Shown here piece after piece: positions 11,502-23,997 of a stretch of DNA of 43,093 nucleotides. Numbering within the stretch: the stretch's first letter is position 1; each line of letters starts with the position of its first letter. The stretch is from Octopus bimaculoides (taxonomy: Eukaryota), in NCBI RefSeq assembly GCF_001194135.2, contig NC_068982.1, forward strand, positions 176,345,085-176,388,177, read 5' to 3'. The position numbers and the translations under genes are program-made. Below the pieces are notes generated by a model. The model worked only from the letters and a program-made list of their open reading frames with translations, did not search any database and was not told where the DNA came from.

Positions 11502-11564
11502 AAGGTGGCTAGCTGACACAAACGATAGCACGCCGGGCGAAATGCTTAGTGGTATTTCGTCTGT
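11502..11564 (+). mobile_element. SINE head truncated by the adjacent LINE
   Basis: AAGGTGGCTAGCTGACACAAACGATAGCACGCCGGGCGAAATGCTTAGTGGTATTTCGTCTGT matches the family head, then stops abruptly. Confidence 0.85.
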
Positions 11565-12665
11565 GTGAGATTGGATTTATTGGTAATTATTATTGGAGTG
11601 CGTCTGTATAGTAAGTGCAAGTTTCTATTGACTGTTTTTGTGTTATTTCCTGTTATAATTATTTGTGTGATAGACTTCGTTCGAAAACTATCGTGTGTTT
11701 TCCCCTGTGGAGGAAACATTAATTGCTGGCAAGATTCCGAAAAGTGTAACTTCGTCTGGCGAAGAGTCGTCAACCGACAGGGAGGCAAAAGACATTGAGA
11801 GTTTAATATTTGGCGATATTTCGGATTCTTCTGAAAGTGAATTTCCCCAACCATCAATGTGTACTGTTGCAAAGAGGAATATTGACGTGAAAAGCCTTCA
11901 AACAGGAGAAAATAAACAAAAAAGAAGTTTTGCTTCGGCGGCTGGAGGTGGAATGCGCCAGCTGTCGACAAACAAAAAGGACATGATAAAGTACAAATGT
12001 ATGATAACAATTGAAGACGGTGTTGTGAAAGTTCAACTCCCGGAAGAACTATTAATGTCAGAAAAAAGAATAAACAATTATTTTTAAATCTTGCTGTCTA
12101 AAAGGAAAAAAAAATTGATCGAGTGAGCGAAAAGAAAGTTGAGAAGCGTTTGAAACCCGTCTGGCAGGATATCACATACCTAGCCAGAGGGAAGAAGTTT
12201 GGTACTATCAAAGTACGACTAAAAGATATAGAAACTGCACAAATGCACTCAGTTAAATCTTTAGAAATGGAGGACATTGTTTTAATTCCAATATATATGG
12301 GAATGAGGACATCAAAGATACGTATACCAAGGGTCCTACCTCAAGTCGACCCTATGTGGTTGATGGCGGCAGTCCTGGCAAAAAGGAAGATAATATAACA
12401 CTCCTTCAGGCTACCGTCACAGGTTTATTGGACCGGTCAAATGGTTCATCCCCAAATACAAGCAGAACAGTCAATTTTAGAACAGTTACCGGAGAAAATA
12501 GGAATTGGGGAGGAATTCCTTAACGTATTCGTCGAGGGGCGTAAACCCTGATGTTTCCAGTGTAGCCAGATGGGCTAAATAAAACAAAAACACTGTAGAG
12601 ACGGTGACGAAGAATCTGATGGTGAGGAGGAGGAGAGAGAGAGATAGATAGAGAGAGAGAGAGAA

Positions 12666-12730
<65 letters not shown>

Positions 12731-14485
12731 GAAGAAAAGAAAGCAACTAACAACAAGAGAAAAATGGAAAATTCAAATCAACAAAAACAGGTCGAACTAA
12801 GTCCCAAAAAATTGCGAAAAGACACAAACCAAAAATAGTAAGGAAGGAAGTAGCAGAAAAAGGGATATTCGCATTATACAGCAAAAATGAAGAATTAATG
12901 AGAGAAATAAAAGCGAAAAAATCAACTACTAGGATTGCACAACTTTCTGATAAATATAAGAACTACGAGTTCTAAGAAATGGAAAAAAAGACTCAATGTA
13001 TTACTTAACACGTATAGAAAGTCGGTGTCGAATATGAGATTGGATTTTAATCAATCCATTTTACAAGACTTGGCACCTCCGACCCTATGTCAAGAAAAGG
13101 TAGAGAGTCCCTCTCGACAGGACACTCCGGATTAAATATGTAAGTAATGTCTATTCACATTGGTTGTGTAAATGTTCGTAGCTTGATGTCTAGCATGAAG
13201 CAAGCGCGCTTCCTAAATGACACCAGGTCAAGAAAATTGGATGCGATTGTTGCAACGGAAACCCGGGTGAAAGGTCCAAGAGATCTGCTCCCCCTCCTGA
13301 ACGGCTATTAGAAATACGATTCTCCGAGTCGGGCGGGGGTGGGGGTGAGGTGTTGCTCCTACTAAAAAGAAGCCGGGTAGCCGAGAAAAAGTTGTTTTTT
13401 TCTGATCCAGAATGCAGATTGGTCTTTCTCGACCTGACATTCAGTTGTGGCAAGATAATCAAGCTGGTTGCAATTTATGCACCCAACGTGCAAAGTCAAT
13501 ATTTTCGTGACCGGGGCAAGTTCCTGGCCACGTCGCATTCGCTAGTACTGATAGGAGACTTTAACATAATCTGTGACGCACACACAGATTGTGTTGCTCG
13601 AACATGAATAGATCTGTTAAGTCACTTTAGCTGGCAGATCCATATAGGTTGGAACACCCGAATACTCCACAGTGGACATGGTCAAATAGTGATGGGTCAT
13701 CCAGAACATATCTAGATAGGGTTTTAATTAGAAAAACAGATAAGGCCATTGCTAAGTGTTTTATCTAGTCAGCTACAGTGATCACAAGACGGTTACCTAT
13801 AAGCTGACAGTAGATAAATTGCATAGTCAGGGATCTGGCTACTGGAAACTCAATACGTCCATTTTGGCGATTGAGGAGCACAGAAAGCGGGTCGAGATGT
13901 TAATACAGAGGGCATTGACAAGTACCATCATTAATAACAAATGGTGGTACACCCTAAAAAGAGCCATAAGTATAGGTCTATTAGGTCTAGCATAAATTTA
14001 GCTAAGGGACGTAAAATAAGAGATGGTCTAGTTAAGGAACTAGAACAAGCCTGGAGGACTGGTAATGCGGACCAAGTGAAGGTGAAGAGACTGGAGTTGA
14101 AGCAGCATCTTGAGGCCCAACACATGGGAAGTATTGCCAGAGCTAAGTTACGTGCGATGGGAAGTGAAGGAATCAAGGCGGCTGGATGGGCTCGAGTGGT
14201 GGAAGCTCGACAAAGAAATAATTCCACTATTCGGTCTTTGACGAATCAAAATGGTGTCTTGGAAACGAACCTGAGGAAATGTGTGAGGCCTTTCGGGAGT
14301 ACTTCGCTCACCTGTTCGGGGGTGATAGTGGTTCTGATGGTGGGGGAGTCCTCTAGGACTTTCTTGCCGAGCTACCGTGCCTCTAGGGGTCGGATGCGAA
14401 GTCTTGCGAAGCGCCGATCACGCCTGTGGGGGTGATGGAGGCTATGACCGACTGTAAAGCCGGTAAGTCGCCGGGACTTGATGGT
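11565..14485 (+). mobile_element. L1/Tx1-like LINE: 5' UTR, ORF1, APE endonuclease, 3'-truncated at the start of RT
   Basis: ORF1 pieces from 11695 with knuckle remnant EGRKP*CFQCSQMG*IKQKHC (about 12535-12600). ORF2 from ATG 13147: GCVNVRSL, ATETR, IYAPN, LIGDFN, YLDR, SDH, GSGYWKLNTSIL; ends near GKSPGLDG (about 14460-14485). Multiple stops and frameshifts; (GA)n at 12631-12726. Confidence 0.92.
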
Positions 14486-14874
14486 CACAAGGCAGTTTTC
14501 AGTCTGATGCTATATTAGAATATGACAGACGAAGATCTCATGCAATGGACTCGACCTAATTTTGCGAAGAGATTTTCGAAACATTCGGTATGTGTGCGTG
14601 TGTGTGCGTGTGAAAATGTTTGTTCATACGAGGGCAGATTAAAACAGGACATTCGGTCAAAATTTTGCCTACATCATGAACTTTACACATTTTGTACGAG
14701 CGTATTTCAAGTGGTTATCATTACATAGACGATTGTACAGTCACCTTAGAGCACCACATCTGCAGAAGAAATTAATAATTTAATCTATTGTTAGTTATCA
14801 ATCTCGTTAGGTATGGCGAGCAAAATGGGAATTGTAGCTTTTCAACAAACACACAGTTATATACACATGCACAG

Positions 14875-15092
14875 TATATATATATATATATATNNNNNNN
14901 NNNNNNNNNNNNNNNNNNNNNNNNNNNNNNNNNNNNNNNNNNNNNNNNNNNNNNNNNNNNNNNNNNNNNNNNNNNNNNNNNNNNNNNNNNNNNNNNNNNN
15001 NNNNNNNNNNNNNNNNNNNNNNNNNNNNNNNNNNNNNNNNNNNNNNNNNNNNNNNNNNNNNNNNNNNNNNNNNATATATATATATATATACA
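14875..15092. repeat. (TA)n-flanked gap (N 14894-15073)
   Basis: Direct reading. Confidence 0.95.
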
Positions 15093-15274
15093 TATACATT
15101 CATATGAACACGTGTGCGCGTATATGTTGTTTGAAACACATGAGAGGTAAGTGTGCAATGTAATTATAATCATATCAATTTAACTGACGTGTAATTCAGA
15201 ATTTCCAAATTTTCTCTAACGATTACCGGATATTCTCATATCCATGGAGGTAGCTGTATGAGCATGCTTGGATA

Positions 15275-15342
15275 CATGTATGTAAGTATGTATGTATGTA
15301 TGTACGTATGTATGTATATATGTATGTACGTATGTATGTATA
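15275..15342. repeat. (TATG)n microsatellite
   Basis: Direct reading. Confidence 0.85.
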
Positions 15343-15878
15343 AAAGTTGTTATAATCCAAGCCGTGTCCTCTTGAAGCACGTCTACACATTCCAGTAATC
15401 AAATAAATGTCGATGACCTGATGAATAATAGTTGCATATTAAGTATGTATTAAAATAAAGACAGAAAAATTGGTATATTACAACTTCATGTTACACACGT
15501 TTCATTACAGTATAAGAAATACATTATGAATATGAATATCATTATGAATCATAATTATGATATTATAAAACTAATAAATTCATTAGATTTATATACATGT
15601 CCTAAACTGTGACCCTTCAGAGAATGGTTAAAAAGCATTGTTTTCGAGTCTTTGTCTGAATTGTTGCTTTGCATTCTTCCGATAGTGGTTAAAATGAGTA
15701 TCACCTGTGGTAGTCGAACAGTGTGGTGTCCGAAGTGAGCAGAACTCACAGGAATACTACTTTATATGGTTACGTTTGCAGTGATCGAAGTTAGGTTCAA
15801 GAAAATAGGGCTGCGAAAACCCATGCTATGCCACTGTATTTGATCGCGGCGACTGTGGCCTTCCTCAGATGGAAATTA

Positions 15879-16864
15879 TTGGTTTCAAATTTTGACGCAA
15901 GGCCAGCGATTTCGGGGGAGGGACTAATGGTCCCTAGCGCTCAAGTACTACTTATTTTATCGAACACGAAGGGATGAAAGTCAAAGTCGACTTTGGTGCA
16001 ATTTCAATTCATTACATAAAGACGAACAAAATGTCACGAGGCATTTTGACCGGCGCAGTAACGATTATGCCAGCTCGCCATCTTGATGTTGGAAATCATT
16101 TCATAAATCATACGTTGTTTGCGATTTATCTCTCCTCCACGACCTCTAGCCCCCAGAAGTGGAATAATAATAATAGTTTTTTCAAGTTTTGGTAGAAGGT
16201 CAGCAGATGTAGGGAGAGTGGGCTAGTCAATCTCAACAGTACTCGTACTACTAAGATTTTATTTTATCGACCCTGAAAAGATGAAAGGCTGAGTTGACCG
16301 CGAAATCAATTTGAATTCTGACTACGCGAGTCAGATAAAATACTGCGATTAAAAATTTCCCAACGGTCTAACAATTCTGTCAGGTTCAAGTCATTGTAGA
16401 AGGTGAGCAATTGTATTTTTTGTGATGGTGGTGGGGCGGATGGCTCGGAGGCGTATGCATGCCTAGAGGGTGGGCCGATTACATCGACTCCAGCAGTTCA
16501 CCGGAATTTTATTTTGTCCAGCCCTAAACGATGGAAGGCAAAGCTGACCTGAGTGGTACAGAGCCAGAAGAAATGTCTCTGATAATTTAGTCTGATGCAT
16601 GAACCATTTTGGCAGCACGTTAACTTAGTAATAATAATAATAATCGTAATAATCCTTTCAACTATAGCACAAGGCCTGAAATTTGGAGGAAGGGGACTAG
16701 TTGATTACATCGACCCCAGTGCTTCACTGGTACTTAATTCATCGAGCCTTGAAGTATGAAAGGCAAAGTCAACCACGGTGGAATTTGAAATCAGAACGTA
16801 AAGCCGGATGAAATAATGATAAGTATTTCACCCGGCGTACTCACGACTCTGTCAGTTCGCTGCC

Positions 16865-16922
<58 letters not shown>

Positions 16923-16926
16923 TAAC

Positions 16927-16983
<57 letters not shown>

Positions 16984-17174
16984 AACACCAGGACTTACAA
17001 ATATATATAACATACAGAAAATTGCACTACTGGGTACTGCACACATTCTACGCAAAACACTTTCAATACAGTAAACATAAGAGCACCACAGCAAACCACA
17101 GCACATACCCAAGGCGCACAGAGCTGCGCTCAGTAGTGAAGTGAAAGCACGTTATAAAAATAAAACTACTGAAC

Positions 17175-17210
<36 letters not shown>

Positions 17211-18110
17211 TAAAAAATAAAAATAATAATAATAATAACAAGAAGAAGAAGAAGAAAAAGAAAAAGAAGAAGAATAGTTTCAAATTTTTCCACCAGGGCA
17301 GTAATTTTAGGGGAAGGCATGAGCTGATTACATCGACCCAGGTGTTCAACTGGTAGTTATTTTATCGTCAACGAAGGGATGAAAGGCAAAGTCGACCTCG
17401 GCAGAGTATAAACTCAAACGTAGCGGCAGATGAGATATCGCTAAATATTTCGCCTGGCGTACTTTCGATTCTGGCAGCTCGCCGCCTTAATAGTAACAAG
17501 GATAATAATAATAATTATAATAATAATAAATTTTTCTTGAATAGGTACATGGCATGAAATTTTGGGGAAGGGGCTGGTGGATTACATCGACCTCAGTGTT
17601 GAACTGGTAGTTACTTTATCGACCTCGAAATGATGAAAGGCAGAGTCGACCTCGGTGGAACTTGAACTCAGAACGTAAAGACGCAAGAAATGCTGTTAGG
17701 TTAACCTTTCTGCCAGCTCGCCGTCTTGAAGTAGTAATAGTAATAATAATAGTTTTAAAGTTTGTCTCAAGGTCAGCAACTTTGACCCAGTGCTCAACTG
17801 GTACTTATTTTCTCAAAAAAAAAAAAAAAATGAAAGGCAAAGTCATCCTCGGCAGAATTTGAACCTAGACTGTAATGCCGCTAAGCAGACCGTCGTGCTA
17901 ACGATTCTGACAGCTGGCGACCGTTAATTAGAATGGTTTGAAATTTTGGCGCAAGATCAGTAATTTGGGGGAAGTGTGTAAGTTGATTATATTGACCCAG
18001 TACTAGACTTAATTTTATAGACATCTAAAGGCAAAGTTGACCTCGATGGGATTTGAACTCAGAACGTAAAGAAATGCCAACACGCTTACGATTCTGCCAA
18101 TTCACTAAAC
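15879..18110 (-). mobile_element. Head-to-tail array of about 8 SINE copies, most separated by AAT-rich spacers
   Basis: Copies at about 15879-16082, 16175-16385, 16400-16625, 16650-16866, 17277-17488, 17530-17730, 17752-17925 and 17933-18110, all on the minus strand. Confidence 0.88.
16976..17174 (+). mobile_element. R4/Dong-type element, extreme 3' end only
   Basis: KTPGLTNIYNIQKIALLGTAHILRKTLSIQ* plus 3' UTR, homologous to about 23745-23942; (AAT)n on both sides (16866-16980 and from 17175). Confidence 0.9.
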
Positions 18111-19039
18111 AGTAACTTCAAATTATTTTCGGTTACAAATGACTTTTCGTTCTCGCTTTGTCACTTTTTTTTTTTCTTATAACGTTTAGTAATTCTAAGT
18201 TGAGAAACAAAGTTATTTGGACAAGACATGAGAGCAAGGTTATTTGGTTTTTACATCGGCCTTTTCGTAGTTCGGTTAACAAAGATTCACAGATATGTAT
18301 TCTATGTTGACCTTTGATATATTGCTTCCAACAAACTGCTAAATTTATTTAAAGTTTCGTCTATCAATCTGAAGATCAAATTTTATCTGTGAATCACAAG
18401 TGAGCTAACGAAAAGAAAACAAACCAAACGCACACATAGATAACAAGCAAACAGGCGTAATTTTCACCATCACCATCACCACCACCACACATATAAATGA
18501 AACAACAAATATTAAGTAGAAAACTTTATGAAATAAAAATTAGAGAAAATTATAAATATATGTTAAAAACAGTAAAATTGTAATCGAGTTTATAGTTTCC
18601 TATTGCACATTGGTATAAGGAATAACTTCGTGAAATGTTAAATATTTAAACTAAACGTATTAGTTGCGTATTATTCACGTTGTATAAATGTTTCTAAAAG
18701 ATAATATGCATCCTTCTACTCAAAGTATTACATTTCTTTATTTCTTTTATTTTTCTCCACATACTGCTTCTCTCTTCCCGCTTTCTCTTCTTTCTCTTTT
18801 CTTTCGTGCCTCCATTTCTTTCTTTCTTTCTTTCTTTTTCTAGTCCTTGCTTCATATTTTCTCGCTCTTTCTGCTTTGTTTATTACCGTGAGTGTAAACG
18901 TGTATGTGTATTACAATGTATAGTTGTAAATAGAAGGCTCTGTCCATTTCTTTTCTGGAATAATACTTGCAGTGTATATATTATACGTACACTCACAAAA
19001 ACACATACATATGTACATGCACTAACATTTACATCTGTG

Positions 19040-19040
<1 letters not shown>

Positions 19041-19078
<38 letters not shown>
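19041..19078. repeat. (CA)n microsatellite
   Basis: Direct reading. Confidence 0.95.
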
Positions 19079-19081
<3 letters not shown>

Positions 19082-19349
19082 AAGTGTGTGTCTGTGTCTG
19101 TGTAAAAAGATAGATATATAAACTTAATTGCAAATACCATTCGAGGTGATGAATGTCGTTTTGTGAAACTAATACAAATGAGTAAATTTTAATTGCGAGA
19201 TATATACATCCAATGATACATTATCCTCCGTGCTTATACCGAATATCGTGTAACAGTATTTTCTGAAGTAGCGGCTAAATAATTTCAAAGCACATTTTAG
19301 TGCCTGTCAAAACTCCAGGCGGGAACCCCCCTCCCCACTTCTCACTCTT

Positions 19350-19512
19350 TTTCGTTAGCACGCCGGGTAAAATACTTAGCAGCATTTCATACGACTTTAC
19401 TCTCCAAGTTCAAATTCCTCCCTTTCATCCTTTCAGGGTCGATAAAATAAGTAGCATTTGAGCACATGTAATCGAACTATCCCCACACACGAAATTGCTG
19501 AACTTTTGTCAA
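19350..19512 (+). mobile_element. Main-family SINE, internally deleted
   Basis: GTTAGCACGCCGGGTAAAATACTTAGC...CCTTTCATCCTTTCAGGGTCGATAAAATAAGTA. Confidence 0.85.
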
Positions 19513-19514
19513 AA

Positions 19515-19609
19515 GGAGTGCAGCTGTGTCGGGATGGCCCAACGCCTCGGTCTCCGCGTGTGTGATCCGCCAAATGTCGCTGCGGAGCTTCGTCTACAAA
19601 GGAAAAAAA

Positions 19610-19654
<45 letters not shown>

Positions 19655-20700
19655 AAAAAGAAAGATTTCTACTACTGTGCCATTTCGATCCTGCGGCTTA
19701 AGAGAGGACCGATTCCCCCGACACGCCGCTCTGAATGACATAATCAAAAATGGCGTTAACGCGGCTGACCTCCCGTCTTAACTTGAGCCAGCAGGGTTCG
19801 TCCGCAGGGATATCCTCTTCCCATTCAAGGGATGCAGATCTCGGATCTATTTTAAAACGGGGGCCACATTTTTCATTAATGTTTTACGTAGTGTTTTTGG
19901 TACCGAAAGACTTTCAAACTTCGTATACTTATCTATTTTGTGTTATAGAACAGAAAAATATTTTTGTATTCGAATTTATTTCATGTAAAAAATTGTCTTA
20001 TTTCGATAATTTCAACCAATCACTGACAAGTATTCAGTTGTTTACATTTACTCCTTTGGCTGATTAAGCGATGTAAAGCGTATTTAATCTCCATACCTTC
20101 GTTTTATTTGCTTTTTTCATTTTAAATTTGCTTTAACCCTAACCCTAACCCTAAGGTTAGGGTTAGGGTTAATTGTTTCAGAATCGTTTGTTTATGTAGT
20201 CGGCACTTAATGTNNNNNNNNNNNNNNNNNNNNNNNNNNNNNNNNNNNNNNNNNNNNNNNNNNNNNNNNNNNNNNNNNNNNNNNNNNNNNNNNNNNNNNN
20301 NNNNNNNNNNNNNNNNNNNNNNNNNNNNNNNNNNNNNNNNNNNNNNNNNNNNNNNNNNNNNNNNNNNNNNNNNNNNNNNNNNNNNNNNNNNNNNNNNNNN
20401 NNNNNNNNNNNNNNNNNNNNNNNNNNNNNNNNNNNNNNNNNNNNNNNNNNNNNNNNNNNNNNNNNNNNNNNNNNNNNNNNGAAAAATCAACGAGTACAGG
20501 AACCTGTCCGGTCGATATCAGTTTGTACCGGTCGCCGTTGAGACGTCAGGTGCTTTAGGACCCCGTACTACCTGCTCCGAAAATAGGCATAACGGTGGCT
20601 TGACGGAGAAATGCACCACGCGAGTTGGAGTAGCTGCAGCAGCGAATGCTGTTGGCCAATTCTCCGCGGCAACGACATCGCGGTCATTACTGTATCGCCC
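19515..20700 (+). mobile_element. CRE-clade (RLE) non-LTR retrotransposon C-terminus, interrupted
   Basis: Read across frameshifts: GMAQRLGLRVCDP-KCRCGAS; then after (GA)n SCGLREDRFPRHAALNDIIKNGVNAADLPS*LEPAGF...ILFPFKG; then after the gap INEYRNLSGRYQFVPVAVETSGALGP...RELE*LQQRM...ILRGNDIAV. Matches CRE-type RLG..C.P..CRCG, RH..LND, VETSG and QR...ILRGN motifs. Confidence 0.8.
19850..20213. mobile_element. Unclassified AT-rich insertion carrying a TAACCC/GGGTTA hairpin
   Basis: Interrupts CRE homology; right end lies in the gap N 20214-20480. Confidence 0.5.
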
Positions 20701-20956
20701 CCTCCCTCTCCATCTACCCCTCCTTTACCCGCTCGCCATTTTTTCTTTTCTTTTCCTTTCTTTTCATTACTCACCCCTCCTCTTTCCTGTTTCTTTGAAT
20801 CTTTCCAATTTAACACTTACATACTTTGAATGACCAAAATCTGAAATCAGTATTGGCAGTTAACTGAGGAGAGAAGGTAAAGGGGAAGTGGGAGTAATCG
20901 AGGAAGAGATAGAAGAGACAAAAGGAAAAAAAATAATAGCTTGTGGTCGGACATCA

Positions 20957-21008
20957 AAAGTAGTAGTAGTAGTAGTGGTGGTGGTGGTGGTGGTGGTGGT
21001 GGTGATGG
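20957..21008. repeat. (GTA)n(GTG)n compound microsatellite
   Basis: Direct reading. Confidence 0.9.
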
Positions 21009-21999
21009 TTAAGAAAGCCAATATATGTGTACTAAGCGATCATTAGTAAAATCATCCAGTCGTCTAGTATTTGTTTAAATCGGCAAAATAATTCTTAGGA
21101 CTTTTAAACGACAATCAGCAGTTTCTATAGTCAGTCGAGCGTGGATTTAAGGTAGATTTTGAAAGCATTTAAAAGCGATTAAATGATACTATAGCAGACT
21201 CGGTCAATGTAATTGGTGCTGATATTGCCGCTGGAATTAATAGCCTGTAACCTCTTGAACAATCTATTCATGGCTGATCTGATTTACAAATTTTTAATAT
21301 AAGCCTGAAAGTTGTGAACTTCACGTCCCCACTCACCTTTATATTTTCCGTACATGTACTATATCATATCGTCTGCCACTTTCAGCAAGGAGCAATTGCA
21401 GTGCACTATATCACACAATATAAAGCACACTATATAAGAAAACACTATACATTATCATGCTAAAATGACAACTAATAATAAGATCAATGAAAATAACACA
21501 TCATAAATCAAAAATGAATTGATCATATCGTACACATTAATCAGAAAGACAGCCGATCATTTGATTCATCACATATAAATCTAGAATAATCGGTAAAATC
21601 AAATTCCACTGATGTTGTTAACATTAATCATATCGGTTTAGTTGCTATAATGCTAAATGTTTTGTCTTGGGGTTAAATATGGGCTACAGCAAATAATCTA
21701 CGATGAAAGAGAGCAAGAAATCTAGAAACACTGATAGTGACTTCGAGACGTTTATTGGTCCAAGTAATTTGGTATAGATATGTAAAACACTTGATAAAAA
21801 AGACTGAACAAGAACAGTAATATATTGAAAAGAGGTTTTAAATTATCTCTCCCACATTTATATACATGTATATGTATGTATGTACGTACTTATGTATATG
21901 TATCTGTGTAGGTAAGTAATGTATGTACATGAGTGTACCCTTACCTTTTCTTCCCCTGTTGTGGTTGAGATACATACGCGCCCGCGCACGTGCATACAC

Positions 22000-22071
<72 letters not shown>

Positions 22072-22252
22072 NNNNNNNNNNNNNNNNNNNNNNNNNNNNN
22101 NNNNNNNNNNNNNNNNNNNNNNNNNNNNNNNNNNNNNNNNNNNNNNNNNNNNNNNNNNNNNNNNNNNNNNNNNNNNNNNNNNNNNNNNNNNNNNNNNNNN
22201 NNNNNNNNNNNNNNNNNNNNNNNNNNNNNNNNNNNNNNNNNNNNNNNNNNNN

Positions 22253-22343
<91 letters not shown>

Positions 22344-22400
22344 TAGAAGAAGAAGAAGAAGAAGAAGAAGAAGAAGAAGAAGAAGAGGAGGAGGAGGAGA
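22000..22400. repeat. (CA)n, gap N 22072-22252, then (TAA)n, (GAA)n, (GAG)n
   Basis: Direct reading. Confidence 0.95.
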
Positions 22401-22417
22401 ATAACAACAATAATAAT

Positions 22418-23942
22418 GTGCCAAAACAACCTTGAAAAGAGGATAACTTGTTAAGAGTAAGAATATCACATTAGATAAAGCAAATAAAATAAGAGAATTG
22501 CATCAAAGGCAGACATACAAATACCTAGGAATCAATGAAATAGATTCTGTACAAGACACACAAATAACAGAGAAGATAAGAAATGAATACTATAGACGAG
22601 TTAGATTAATACTGGAAACGGAACTCAATGCGAAAAACAAGATAACAAGTATCAACACTCTAGCCGTTCCAGTTATAAGTTACGGCTACAATATTCCTTA
22701 TTGGAGTCTAAATAAATTAATTAAGCTTGACAGGAAAACAATTAAAACAACAGGATTTAGGATGCACCACCTAAAATCTGACATAGAAAGGTTATATATA
22801 CAACGTATTGAAGGTGGTGGAGGCCTTATGCAGCTAGAAAACTATTATAAAATAACCACCATAGAATTACAGAAATACTTAATTTAGAAGCAAGGAAAAC
22901 TGGTACAAATAACCACAAAAGACGGGCAAAACCAAAAGAAAAAAACAAAAAAAATCTGTTTACTGTCTTTAAGGAAACTGAAAAATACAAGAAAGAGGTC
23001 ATATACCTGACATCTATGAAGAAAAAGAAGGAACAACAAGCGCTGTAAAACAAGTGAAATCCAAACTAAAACTGCAATAACAAAATATCATGATAAAACA
23101 ATGGCAAGAAAAGTCCTTACGTGACAAACATTGGGCTAAACTAACAAGAAAATAAATAGACAAAGTAAAATTCTAACAATGACTGAGACACTCAAGACTC
23201 AAAGTAGAGCCTGAAAGCCTTCCTACCAGAAATCCCCACAAACACCTAATGAAAAAATATGCAAGTAACTGCAGAATATTTTGTGATGGAGAAGAAACAA
23301 TAAACCATACTGTCTCTGGCTGCCCAGTTCTGGCTAAGAAGGAATATATCCACACACTTGACAGAGTTGAAACCTATATACACTAGGAGCTATGCCAACA
23401 ATATGGAATGACAACAGAAAGAAAGATGAAGCGCACCCCAGATAACGTCTCAGAAAAGGAGAAAGCAACCATGATCTGGGGGTATGCTAATACACACAGA
23501 TAGAGAAATCAAGGCTAATAGACCGGATATAGTTTTCAGAGATAATCAAGAAAAAATATGCCTTCTAATTGCTGTATGAATACCAAAAGATGAAAATGTA
23601 TCTCTAAAAGAAACCGAGAAACTCTCAAGATACAAAGTTCTGGAAACAGAAGTAACTCGAATATGAGACCTAAAAACAGAAATGATCCCTATAATAATAG
23701 ATGCGTTAGACATAATTAAAAATCATTCAGACAAATACATAACCAAAACTTCAGGACTAACGAATGTATATAACATACAGAAAACAGCACTTATAGGCAC
23801 CGAGCACATCCTACGTAAAGCACTTTCAAGACAGTGAAAATAAGAGCACCACAATAAACCACAGCACATACCCAAGGCACACAGAGCTGCAATCGGCAGT
23901 GCAGTCAAAACACTGAAAAGACTAAGAATAACACCACTGAAC
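22418..23942 (+). mobile_element. R4/Dong-type RLE non-LTR retrotransposon, 5'-truncated and decayed
   Basis: TYKYLGINE...EYYRRVRLILETELNAKNKITSINTLAVPVISY...HHLKSDIERLYIQRIEGGGGL; CRIFCDGEETINHTVSGCPVLAKKEY (CCHC-like); ANRPD-type RLE region near 23510-23530; ORF end at 23837; (AAT/GAT)n tail 23943-23997. Confidence 0.92.
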
Positions 23943-23997
23943 AATAATAATAATAATAATGATAATAATAATAATAATGATAATAATAATAATAATA

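Noticed and set aside
15879-18110. Repeat-spacer look suggesting a CRISPR array
   Set aside because: Units are about 200-bp diverged SINEs with low-complexity spacers in eukaryotic DNA; no cas genes.
20133-20172. Telomere fusion scar
   Set aside because: Orientation is CCCTAA then TTAGGG, opposite to a fusion, and only three units per side.
21330-21340. Strong minus-strand donor AG|GTGAGT
   Set aside because: No open upstream exon with a credible acceptor.
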